Assembly: GCA_009602735.1 (NCBI GenBank)
Contig: WELA01000805.1
Coordinates: 1 to 64,000, forward strand
Length of the DNA: 64,000 nt
Direction: 5' to 3'
Source of the DNA: Mesotaenium endlicherianum
Lineage: Eukaryota
In this document: positions 46,400-58,608 of the stretch, piece by piece
Layout: every line of letters starts with the position of its first letter
Numbering within the stretch: the stretch's first letter is position 1
The notes under the pieces: generated by a model
Told to the model about the DNA's origin: nothing
The model's input: the letters and a program-made list of their open reading frames with translations, nothing else
Databases searched by the model: none
Position numbers and translations under genes: made by a program

Positions 46400-49300
46400 C
46401 CCATTATTGGCGCAATCGACGCAACCACCGCCCACCCTCTCTCCACCATGCCTTCTCCCTCTTCACCCTCTCTTTCTCTCTAACACCTTAACAAGCAGAC
46501 GGCCATGGCCGCCTGCAACGACAAGCGGCCATGGGTGCCCACCATCGTGCCCCTCCAAGCTTTCGACCCCACAAAGCCATCTAATGAGAGATAGCGCTCT
46601 GTCCCACGACCCCATGACAAGCTTACTAGCGGCCCAGGCTAGGCTTTGCCTTGCTTTTCCTTGCCATGGCCATTCCAAAAAAGGTCCTTAAGGGTGCAGT
46701 GTCTAAGCGAAGAAGAGGAGTAAGTTATGGCAAAGCCCTAATGTATGGCGGGCACGAAAGAGCGGCCCGCGAAGAAAAGGCGTTACCACAACGAACGCTT
46801 GCAACGTGCACGGGCCAGCGCTCACATGAGCGAGGACCCTTACTGATTTCCCCCTCACAAAACTTACGTGAGCGGTGCCTTATTGACGACAAACAAACAA
46901 CCGCACATTATACATGATGTCGGCATGATGTGTACATTTCTGAACATCAGGTCACAAAGTAAGGTGTAAAGTCAACGGCAGTTGACTTGAGTGGAGCCTT
47001 TGTTGCACATTGTTGCACATCAACCACGCTACGACCAAGCTACGACCATCTACGTCGCATATTGAACGGCAGCGCCGTGACCATAAGCTTTCGGTGAACA
47101 TATCGATCGTCACGATTGAAAGTTAACTAGTCTACTCGAGTTGCTGACGGAAAAGATAAGCTTTGCGTGTAGTTCTCCGCCGCCCCACACTTCACTCCGA
47201 GTTTTTCGCGCTCAAGGGATGTTTGCTTCCAGACGACTCGAGCAATGAGAACGCCCTCAACCATGGTCGACTGCAGCTCTCGAACAACTCTCAAACTGCT
47301 TGTTGCTTCAGCAATCCCCAGCGCTTATCCTGGGCTGGTCCTTGGTGCCGCCCCTGCGATGGGCAGAAGTTTCCACGGGCCAACGAGAGTCGTCAAAAAC
47401 CATGAGTCACATAACATCAACGTCACAAATACTCTTTTTATCAGCTGGTACCATGCTGGCGCCTGTTGGTGCCCATGTGAGGAAGGTTCTTACTACCATA
47501 TCATGTCAACATGTGGCCAGATATCCATTGGCAAGTAAGCCAGAAGTAAGCATATAGTCTGGGGTCCTGGATGGTCCTCGGAGTCTATGGGAGTCTGCTG
47601 GGAGTGGCAACTTTCATTGCTATGCGGGGAAAAGTGAAGGATACGGGAGAAAAGATGGCCGCGTCAGGAACACGGCAGAAAATTGTAAATTCTGTATGAA
47701 ATTTAACGCCAAAAAAATGGATAGCACCTATTTAGCCAGATTTAACGAAAATTATACGAAAACCTTGAAAATACGACGAGTTATTCTCCCACGCATATCC
47801 TTATTCGGGTGCCCTGCCCAGGCCTGCCTTCGAGTTTCACACCCCTGATCACCGTGCATGCTCTGAAGCTGCTCCAAAAAATTCTGAGGGGACGAGGACG
47901 AGGACGTCTGCTCCGGCCTCGATATATGTATGTATTCCTGGTCCCTGCATTTCTTCGTTGCTTTTAGGATACGGAAGCTTGCTCCTTACTTTGTGGCAAT
48001 ACCAAAGTTCTGCATGTAAAAGAAGCGTACGATTATTTTTACTATTTAATGGCTCCGTGCAGCTTTTGAAAAGGCTATATATCGGAAGCGACTAATATGG
48101 ATGAAGGGAAGGGGGAAGTTCCTGAGCTGGCGCCAAACGCTCACCATGAGCGCATCATTGAGGTGGGCCAAGTGTGCTTGATTACTTCTCTTGTGCGTTT
48201 CAAGTGTTTGTTTATCGAACATCACGCACTTTGGTGTTCATATCTATATACCCGATCGAGGTACAAAGCAAGTACGTCTTATACACAGATGTGTTGAAAT
48301 GATAAATGCTGTCTATGAAGAGCGTGTCTCCTGCGAGTGCGTTCGAAGCTCTTCTTTGCCAGAAACTTAAAAGTGAAAAAATGTGAAGAGTTGCAGAAGG
48401 TGAGTGTGAATATTGGAAAAATAGATGTGTGATAATGAGGCTCTTTAAGTGCGTTGCATTGCACTATTTTTGCAATGATCTGTATGACCCAGCCATTGGT
48501 AAGCTTGCTAGATTTGCAAGCTTAGGCTGTGTGCCAAGTAAGGTACGTGCCATCAGTGAGTAGTACTGTTATGATGTCAGAAGCAATCTTCAAAAAGACA
48601 AAGTTTCTGAGTGCCTTCTTATTGCTGTGACACAGCACCAGTGTACTTCAGTTCAAGTCTTGAAATCTCTGGCTGGCGAGTGAAGCTTATTATGTGAAAC
48701 TTAATGCTATTCTTCAGAAGTCCTCGGAATTGCTTCATGGCTTTCTTATACTAACCGTGACGGGCAATATAACGTGCATGTCTTTTGAGTTTCCCATACT
48801 TGCTTCACACCGTATACTACACCTCAACTTATATGTTGCACATATTCTTATGGTGAAAACACTTCATGAGCTGTAGATTTTCACCTAGTTTGTGATTGCT
48901 TGCTTGAAGGCTGATAGAAGAGGAAACTTTGGGGGACTTGTGAGTCGGGAAGGTGGTTGAAGGTTTGTAATTGATGTGTTCTGATAAATGATTTTGGTGA
49001 CTCCTCTCCATTGTGGTATGAGCACTTTGCAGGACTTTTCAAGCTAGCTCCTTCGTCAGCAGATGTCGGAGTTGCTGGCTGCCAGCGTGCAGGTGAACAT
49101 GCAGCAGCAGCAGCTCACGGAAACCCTGCATAGAACTTTTGGCAGCATAGGATCTGCCTTTTCTTGGGGGATTGACCTCCAGGACATGGAGGTAAAAACT
49201 GCAATAAACTTCTCCTTCTTGCACATGGACAGGAGTTGCGTTTGAGATAGTTTTTTTACTGAACATTCTAATAAGTATGATTATGGCTGCAATGTCTGCT

Positions 49301-49491
49301 TTGAAAATAAGAAAAATGCAGATATTTTAATGCTGCGTTAATTCACTTAAGCAAACTAAAGTCACATGATATTGTCTCTCACAGTTATGACAAGCTCACT
49401 CATTGCATATTTCCATACTGCCGGGCTTGATTGCCAAGCATTTGCTCAAGCTAACAAAGGACTCTCCTGAATCTTCAAACATAATTTGCAG

Positions 49492-50583
49492 GGCATGTCA
49501 ACATTCTATGCAGGGGCAAGCAACGTGGCAGCCCCTGCTCGTGAGCCACAGCAGCAGCTGGAGAATGGTGCCCTTTGCAAGAACAGCTGTCCAGTGGGGT
49601 GGCGCTCCCTTCATCTGCCTACTACTGTGAAGCTGGAGCCCGTCATGGTGGCTCCTGCTCCTCCTCCTCCTACGCTCTTTGTTGAGCCACATTTGGTAGC
49701 TACTCCTGGCCAAAGGTTCATTTTCCGGGCTGTAAATGTGGAAAAGGAGGAGAGGAAGGAAGAGCATGAGGAGGAGGACTGGGAGTGGGAGAGGCAAGTT
49801 GAGAAAGGAGGGGAGGAGTTGGACTACGAGACAGAAATGGAGAAGCAGGGAGAGGAAGAAAAGATGAATGGGGAGATGGGGGGACAGGGGGAGGAGGAAC
49901 CTGTGGAGCTGAAGGCTGCCGTTTTCGAGCAGGGTGGGTCAATGCTCAGGAGGAGCCAGAAGCTAAGAGAGCATGAATGGCAGCAAACGTTACATGAGGA
50001 AGGGCAGTGGCAGCCACAGGCGGATTGGGATGCAATCAACATCCTGACCACCTTCTCAATGGAAACCAAGCTGCAGGCTCTTGGCCCCCCTCTTTTTAAG
50101 ATGAACCCCAAATCCTTCGCCGGCTTTGACCAGTCGGACAACGCTCTTCGCCTCGTACCTGCCCAAAAACGTGGCAGCAGCTCATGTGGCGCTAACCAGG
50201 AAGAGGGACCGCTGGCAAAGAGGCCGCGCACGGTCGCAGCTTCATCATCACCAGCCAAGGAGCAAGCAGTCACCGAGCGGCAGCACCACCAGCAGCAGTG
50301 GCAGCAGTAGTAGGTGCTGCAGAGGGAGGAGTATCGAGGACAAGCAGCAGGGCTTGGGTAATGGGAGCAGGAGCACAGGCAAACGCTGATTCTGCCGTCG
50401 GAGAAGGAAGAGCCATCTGGACGCAATGTTCCTTGCCACAGTCTCCAGGCGCACTTTGAGCGTGTTGCTGACGATTCCCGTGATGAGCCCTATGTTACCA
50501 TTGATGTGGATGAGGAGGAGTTTGCCACTAGGCCCGATCAAGGACACAGGTGCAGCAGCACAATGGCGACTGGAGATGGTTCT
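49492..50583 (+). pseudogene. Glu/Gln-rich orphan gene, 5' part, interrupted by the chromovirus insertion
   Basis: TTTGCAG acceptor, long frame with three stops (TAG TAG TAA, consistent with C>T in Gln codons), ending on a codon boundary at the TSD; candidate upstream exons at 48097-48162 and ~49034-49191. Confidence 0.5.
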
Positions 50584-51313
50584 TGAAAGGTGCAGAGTGC
50601 CCTAGTGGAAGCGTAGTGACTCACGAGGAAAAGAACTAGTTGCAATCATACTAAAGAGTGCAGCGGTATATCACTAAGAAAGCTTAGGAAAATTACTCAA
50701 CATTTTGAGTAGCAAGAAACTGCCCCCAAATGGTGTAAGATGAAAGGCCTTGTCATTACAAACCCGTAGAAATTTACAAAAGTGAAAACTGATGAGAAAC
50801 AAAGAAGTTATGCCTATTTATAATTTTTTGCCTAAGCGCTCCTCTCTAGCAGGAAGCTACGGATTTTCCTAAGTGTTCGTCAAATCGTCCCTTCCAGAAT
50901 ATTCGTGAGTAAGCCAGATCAGTCTAATCTGACGTGTCGGGTCAAATTGACGTCCACATACATGCATTGACATTACTAGAATATTCTATCTTAGACGCGC
51001 TAGGCTAAACCGAAACTTCTAGGTAAATCGACCTAGTGGGCACTCCGCGTCAGCCGAACTTACGTGAAGGTTCGAGTTCATTCTAACGAGCCAGATCGCT
51101 CGACGCTGTCGGTCGATCTGACGGTCGCGCTCACAGTCATCAACCGACCTCAAAACTAATTAAACTTCAGAATTCCGTAACTCTCTCAATACTTGACCAA
51201 ATTTGATGAACTTTATATCAAAATGACCACAAACATGCACTCTATACTACTATACAATCAAAACATACCTTCATGAAACTCAAAAATGCACTTTATAAAT
51301 CTATGACCTTACA
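50584..51313 (-). repeat. chromovirus 3' LTR
   Basis: Inverted copy of 56890-57625; TGTAAGG...CCTTTCA in sense. Confidence 0.93.
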
Positions 51314-54125
51314 TCATCCCCCTCCCCAAGATGCGACGTCCTCGACTCATTCTGCAAATAACGTCTCAACTGACTCTTACAATGAGTCAAGTTGGCCTCT
51401 GGCTCCCAAGTGTTGTCGTCCGCATGGTAGCCTTTCCACTTGAGCAGATACTCTTGGACAAATCGTTGACCTCGCTTGACTCGTCGATCGCCGACAATCG
51501 CCTCCACTTCATACTCCAATACATCATCGATCTCGACCGGTGGTGGCGGTGTAGGTAGTCGTCCTGGATGTCCTTCATTCGGGTCAACGTATGGCCGAAA
51601 ACAACTGACATGGAACACATCATGGATACGCCAGCCTGAAGAAAGCTCCAACTTGTAGGTCACTAGATTAACCTGCTTGAGCACCACAAAGGGACCTGTG
51701 AACCGTGCCCCCAGTTTCCTTTTGTCCGTGAAAGGTAGATTCTTTGTGGACAAGAGTACTTTGTCGCCCACATGGAATGTCACTTCCCTCCTGTGCTTGT
51801 TAGCATGCTTGAGCTGCTCTTCTTGTGCCTTTCGAATACACGTCTTCGCCATATCCCAAGTCTTGGCCATCTGCTCCATAAAAGCTTGTGTAGTAGGAAC
51901 CTGAGTCTCCTTGGCCTTCTCCAACAAGATGTTCCCTGGATGATATACTTCTCGCCCATAAACCATAGCAAATGGTGATTGCTTGGTCAATCCCTGCATG
52001 CTGTTGTTGTAGGCAAACTCCAATCCAGGCAACTTCTTGTCCCACTCTGAAGGGTCTTCCATAGTGAAACTCCTGAGCACCTCTTGCAGAGTTCTGTTGA
52101 GCCTCTCACTCTGCTCGTCTGTCTGAGGATGATAGAAAGTGCTCATACTCAGCTTGGTCCCCATCAATGTAAACAATGACCGCCAAAAGTTGCTAGTAAA
52201 CCTTGGATCCCGATCTGAAACAATCACCTTCGGCAACCCATGTAGCCTGAAAATATTATCAAAGAATAGCCGTGCCACATCCTCTGCCGTAGAAGTCTAC
52301 TTCATGGGAATGAAGTGAGCCATCTTGCTGAGTCTGTCAGACACAACCCATATTGCATCGTGCCCTTGACCACTCACTGGTAACGATGTCATGAAGTCCA
52401 TAGCAATCTGCTCCCAAGGATACTCTGGAATAGGCAGGGGATGCAATGTACCTCCCTTCTTTTGATTTGGTGTCTTGTTTCTCTGGCACGCATCGCAACT
52501 CCTGATCCACTCCTCGATGTTCTTGTCCATATTTCTCCAATAGTACTCCCGCTTCAGCACGCTTGCCGTCTTCTCGCTTCTAAAGTGTCCAGCATATAAG
52601 CAGTCACGATGCTCCGCAAGTAGTAAGTCTCGTAGCTCCTTGATGTCAGGTACCACCACTCCGTTGGAATCACCATAATATCATATGCCGTCCTTCTTTT
52701 GCGTACTCGCGATGGACTCAGCTGCTCCACCATCAGCAAACTCTGGGTCCTCCTCATAACCTCTTTGAAGCTTCTCCTTGAAGTCCATACTCTCCTTGAT
52801 GACTGAGACAGCTGCAAGGTCACACCTCCTGGATAAAGCGTCTGCAGGGTTGATCTTCCCAGGTAAGTACTCAATCTTGTGGTCGAACTGTTGCAGAAAC
52901 TCCATCCACCTTGCCTGTCTTGGTGTCAACGTTGGCTGCGTCATAAACTTCTCCAAGCTCTTGTGGTCGGTCTTGATGAACACCTTCCGTCCGTTCACAT
53001 AACATCGCCAAATCTTCAAAGCCTGGATAATAGCCAACATCTCCTGCTCGTGTGCTGCATAGTTCTGCTCCGCAGGATTCAACTTCCTGCTCTCGTATGC
53101 CACAGGCTGCAATCCCTTGCCCTGGTCCTGGAGAAGAATGGCTCCCACTGCAAAGTTTGATGCGTCCGTGATGATGGTGAAAGGAAGCTCTGGACTAGCA
53201 ATTGCCAACACAGGTGCCTGTGTCAACAGCTCCTTAATCTTCTCAAAAGCTTGCTGCTCCTTGTCACCCCATAGCCACTTCTCTTGCTTCTTCAACATGT
53301 CCGTGAGCGGTGCACACACCTTGGCAAATCCTTCAATGAATCGTTGAGAATTTTTTGCCATGCCGAGGAAACTCCTGAGTTAATGAATATCAGCAGGCAC
53401 CGGCCAATCTCTGACTGCTTGCACCTTCTTCTGCTCCACCTTGACTCCTTCAGCTCCCACTATGTGCCCAAGAAACTCGACCTCCTTGAGACCAAAGTTG
53501 CACTTGCTCATCTTCCCATATAAATTCTGATCTCTCAAGACCTCCAACACCTTCCTCAGATGCTCCACATGCTCTTCCAAGGTCTTCGAATAGATCAAGA
53601 TGTCGTCCAAAGTACCACCACAAACTGGTCCAAGTAGGGTTTGAAGATCCCATTCATGAGTCCCATGAATGTAGCAGGTGCATTAGTCAATCCAAAAGGC
53701 ATGACTGTGAACTCAAATAAACCATAGCGAGTCCTGAAAGCAGTCTTCTGAACGTCTCCTTCCGCAATTCGTACCTGGTGATAGCCACTCCTCAAATCGA
53801 TCTTCGAGAAATACTTTGCCCCGACAAGCCTGTCAATCAACTCGTCCACTCGTGGAAGTGGGTACCTGTTCTTGATGGTGACCTTGTTGAGTGCCCGATA
53901 GTCGACACACATCCTCATAGTCCCATCCTTCTTCTTTACAAACAAGACTGGCGCTGCAAATGGAGACTCGCTGGGTCGGATGAATCCCTTCTCCAACAAC
54001 CTTGTCAGCTGCTTCTTCAACTCGTCCAACTCCGCAAACGATTGACAATAGGCGGGTCTCACTGGTGGCTAGCTCCCTGGTTCCAACTCGATCTTGTGCT
54101 CCATAGCTCTCTGTGGAGGTAATCC
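50584..54125 (-). mobile_element. chromovirus (Ty3/gypsy) 3' half: RT-RH-INT-chromodomain plus 3' LTR, decayed
   Basis: [52 protein letters not shown]...YLLKWKGY...TWEPEANL; PPT GGGGAGGGGGATGA; LTR 50584-51313; multiple stops and frameshifts. Confidence 0.95.
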
Positions 54126-56299
54126 TCCACAGAGAGGAGGATTACCTCCTCCCCCCCCCCNNNNNNNNNNNNNNNNNNNNNNNNNCCCCCCCCCCCCCCC
54201 CCCCTCATCTCTCTCTCAGCCTCCCCTTTCGTGGTCTTGCCTTAATTTGCTTCCAATTGACTTGCAGTTTGTTTGTCCGTCGCCTCTCATCCTGTCTCTC
54301 TTGCACTTCTGAGGTTGGGGCTGCCATGTGCGCTCGCTTTCCTGGTGCGCTGTCAACTAGCTCGATGCTTGGTCTGCCCCTGTTCTCTTCTGGATCAGAG
54401 TTAGCTGCCACCCTGAGCTGGCAAGTCCAGTGCGTGGCTGTTGCGACTTACGAGGAGGAGCGGTAGACAGCGGCGGCGCTCAAGCTGGTGCCGCCTGCGG
54501 CATGTAGCTTGCCCTCCCTGCCGCCCACATGTTGCCGCCAGGCGCTCATTCTCGCTCCCAGGCGTGTTGGGCGCATCGCTGCCCCCGCTCATGTCTAAGT
54601 CGTTTTTTGCATGTTGGACACCTAGGCGCGCAGGCCGAACGAGCACGTGGGTGCTTGTGGTAAGGAGTGGGCTTTGTGCGGCAGGGTCGCACGTGGGATC
54701 GCTCTCACAGCGCCGCGAAGTTGCTCCTGCTCGTGGGCGGGAGGGGTCTGGTGTCAGTCCTCGGGGCTTATAGCTGGGAGCCGTGCGGGCGCTGTAGGGC
54801 ATTGAATGCGCTCTTTCTGTGGCTGCCAGCTGGCCTGCAACCGTGCTGCAGCCTGCCCTTCTCGTCGCCCAAGTCCTTCAGTCTTCAGGTGTGTTTGTGC
54901 GAGCGTATGTATGCGTGTTAAACGTGAATTTGCAGGAAATGCAATGCCCCTTAGTCTTCCAGTGCTCATGCCTCAGATCTTCTGCTGAGTGCTTATTGAC
55001 AGGCATATGCCTGAGCATTTCCTGTTGGTGCCCTTGCAAGTCAGTGGCAGTACAGACTGAGTTCTTGCAACAAAGAAGCTGCCAGCTAACTCGCTCCTCT
55101 TGAGGTCGAGCTGCGCAGCGCGCCATGCAGGATTTTTCTCTCTTTCACTCGGAAAGGGGGATATCAACGTCGCGAAAAAGAAGGCTGTAGGCACAATCGT
55201 TGCCCATTCTCGGAGCGCAGGAGGCGGACACATGCGTGCGAAGCGGCAATTGAGTGGAGGATGCTAGTTCAAACAGGCTGGCGTCCAGATCCAACCTGGG
55301 CGGTAGCAGAAAATTATTCGTGTACATTTTAGCTAAAGGACAACAAAGTAGGATGTGTTTTAGATGAGGGGTATTTCCCTCTAAGTGTTTATTTCTAGCA
55401 ATACGCTTTCCTTCTTCTTCATCCCTTCTTTTTAAAGTAAAGTTGATGAAAGTTGAAGCGTGAATGCTAGTGTTTGAGCAGAAGATTGTATATTTGAGCA
55501 GGAAGGCGAGATCAGTAACACTAAGCGAGAAAGAAACGCATTTCGAAGTAATTTTTAGAGATAGCACAGACGACATATGCAATTACTCCTCTTTGCATCT
55601 TCACAATTTTTTGGAATAAGTTACAACTTTATTGATAAGACCGCGTGTTACAGCACTATATAGGACTCTTATTTTTTATTCTTGCTAAAGCAATGGATAG
55701 TGCGCGCCCCTCATATCTTATTGGTGTGCTATCAGCCGCTAAAGTTGTAGCACTTATTTGCTTCTTTCAGGCCTGAGGGGCAAGTCTGCACGCCCTTGTG
55801 GTACCTGTGCATCAATGTTCTAGTGCATGCGAGGTCTAGCTGCACACCTGTCAACGTACCATCAAACTTGACAGTAGGGGCACCAATTGATCGAGCCGTC
55901 GGAGAAGCTCGGCTTGCGCCCCTGGTAAATACTTGTTCGTCGTTCCCATCAAAACCTCTCAACTGATTTTCGCCTCTAAACAACTATACAACACCTTCCA
56001 GCTAGGCAAGGCCGGCATCCACAGCATGCAAGGTGTCGCATCAAGGCTAGGCTGGGGTAGGGCTCACCCCTTACATTGCCTCCTTATTACCTACAAAGAA
56101 CCCTGAAGACTCCTTGCTGTCAAAGCTAGGGCTTCTAGACCTCCAACTGCGCCAATTTCGCACCTTACCCTCTTTTCCTCCCTTACTCCTCCCCCTTGAT
56201 CCTCATCCTCCCTTTCTCCTTCACCACCCTCGCTGGCAAGGACTCGCCCATCAAAGGGCATATTTCTTGGAGCTCCATGTCCTCCACCAGCCACCCCCC

Positions 56300-56884
56300 T
56301 TAGAGCTTGTGCACCACCTTCAGCTCACAGCTAGGCCGGTACCGAAAGTGGTACAGATCCATTGCCATGTGTCTGCGCTGCTGTAGCCGCCAAGAACCAG
56401 CAGGGACTTCCTCCTCCTCCTCTACCTCCTCCTCCTCCTCCACCATCTCCTGGTCCTCCTGGTCCTCCTGGTCGACATCCTCCTTCTCCACGTAGTTGTC
56501 CTCCTCCTCCACCTCCTCCTCCTCCTCCTCCTCCTCCTCGTTCTCCTCGTCGTTGTCCTCCTCCTCCTCGTTGTCCTCCAGCACCACCACCTCCACTTCC
56601 ATTACATCCACCAACCCCCCTAAGCGCCTGTGAACAATCACACCCTCGTCTGCGTTAGCAATAATCTCAACCTCCGCAAAAGACGGTGCCGCTGGCGCTG
56701 CGCACGGCCTCCTTGCCTGTGCACCCTCTTGGGCTTCGTCATCAGAGGAGTCGGAGAGAAGGTAAACTATAGGAGGCACCTCCTCCTCCTCCTCCTCCTC
56801 CTCCCCCTCCCCCTCCTCCTCCTCCTCCTCCTGCTCCTCCTCCTCCTCTTCCACCTCCTCCTCCTCCTCCGCCTGGGCAGCTCC
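56300..56884 (-). pseudogene. Glu-rich (GAG)n continuation of the 49492-50583 pseudogene
   Basis: Joining 50583 to 56884(-) across one TSD copy reads in frame as MATGDGS-GAAQAEEEEEVEEE. Confidence 0.55.
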
Positions 56885-56889
56885 AGAAC

Positions 56890-58608
56890 TGTAAGGTCAT
56901 AGATTTATGAAGTGCATTTTTGCGTTTCATGAAAGTATGTTTTGATTGTATAGTAGTATAGAATGCATTTTTGTGGTCATTTTGGTATAAATTTCATCAA
57001 ATTTGGTCAAGTATTGTGAGAGTTACGGATTTCTGAAGTTTAATTAGTTTTGAGGTCGGTTGACGACTCTCCTTAATTCGCGGTGAGCGCGACCGTCGGA
57101 TTGACCGACAGCGTCGAGCAATCTGGCCCGTTAGAATGAACTCGAACCTTCACGTAAGTTCGGCTGACGCGGAGTGCCGATTAGGTCGATTTACCTAGAA
57201 GTTTTGATTTAGCCTAGCGCGAGAATATTCTAGTAATGTCGATGCATGTATGTGGACGTCAATTCGGCCCGACACGTCAGATTAGACTGATCTGGCTTGC
57301 TCACGAATATTCTGGAAGGGACGATTTGACGAACACTTAGGAAAATCCGTAGCTTCCTCCTAGAGAGGAGCGCTTAGGCAGAAAATTATAAATAGGCATA
57401 ACTTCTTTGTTTCTCATCAATTTTCACTTCTGTAAATTTCTACGGGATTGTAATGACAAGGCCTTTCATCCTACACCATTTGGGGGCAGTTTCTTGCTAC
57501 TCAAAATGTTGAGTAATTTTCCTAAGCTTTCTTAGTGATATACCGCTGCACTCTTTAACATGATTGCAACTAGTTCTTTTCCTCGTGAGTCACTACGCTT
57601 CCACTAGGGCACTCTGCCCCTTTCATCTGGTATCAAAGCACAGCTACTTTGCATATAATATCATGGAGTCGCAGCCGGCAGCTGGAGGAGGCGAACATGT
57701 CGAGCATATTGAGCGCGTGGAGCAGACGGCACCACCTTTGTCAAGGGAGCAAGAAGAGATGCAGGCGATGTTGAGGCAGATGGCAAACGCAATTGGAGAA
57801 GAAGTCTACACACAATTTCAACAAAATATGCGCCAGGAGGTGGAGAGAATGGTGCAAGTTGTTATGGGGAACGCCGCTTCAACGAGTTCGACACCTACAC
57901 CTGTTGTACCACCAATTCATGTTAACCCAGTGGTGCAACCAGTTATTCCACCCGCATCAGGTGTGCGTGCGCCTAAGCCTGAAATTTATACTGGAGAGCG
58001 TGGATCGCCGCCTTTTCATCAATGGATTTTTGGAGTGAAGAAGTTTATGGAGTATTCTGCGCTCACGCCCGACAGGCAAGTCGCCTTTGTCATAACTTTG
58101 CTGTAGAAGAGTCCTGGAGCTTGGTATGAACGAGAAGAGCAGCTGTCTGGAGCACCTGCTACTGTTGATCAGCTATTTGAAGGCTTGAAGAGGCAATTTC
58201 AACCTATTGCACCCGAGGCTACTGCTCGAGATCTATTGGTGCCCCTTCGTCAACGAGGAAGCGTTCAAGAGTATGTATCGCGCTTCAACGAGCTGGTGCT
58301 TCAATGTCCATCCATGCACGAATCGGAGATGATGGACAAGTTCAAGAGGGGACTCAAGCCAACTGTGGCCAAGGAAGTGGCGCTCAAGGACCCTAGCAGT
58401 CTTCGAGAAATGATGGCATTGGCAACAAGGGTCGACGCTGTGGAGTATAGTCAGAGGCAGTGGGGCAGCCACAACTTTGGAGGATATTGACACTTTGGAT
58501 CTCAAGCGCCAAGCACGAGTGGACAAGGCCCAGTACCTATGGAGTTGGGACTTGTGCAGTACCAGCGCAGGCAGCAGAATTTCAAGCCAAGAGGACCCTG
58601 CTATAATG
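56890..58608 (+). mobile_element. chromovirus 5' half: 5' LTR (56890-57625), PBS (57628-57639) and truncated gag
   Basis: TG...CA LTR, TGGTATCAAAGC, gag from ATG 57663 with KPEIYTG, LRQRGSVQEY, FKRGLK, GPVPMELG, breaking off at the start of the zinc knuckle (CYN); preceded by AGAAC. Confidence 0.93.

Noticed and set aside
54260..55300. Exon-like minus-strand frames, possibly continuing as plus-strand fragments at 58620-60400
   Set aside because: Contain stops, no recognisable domain and no consistent splice chain could be built.
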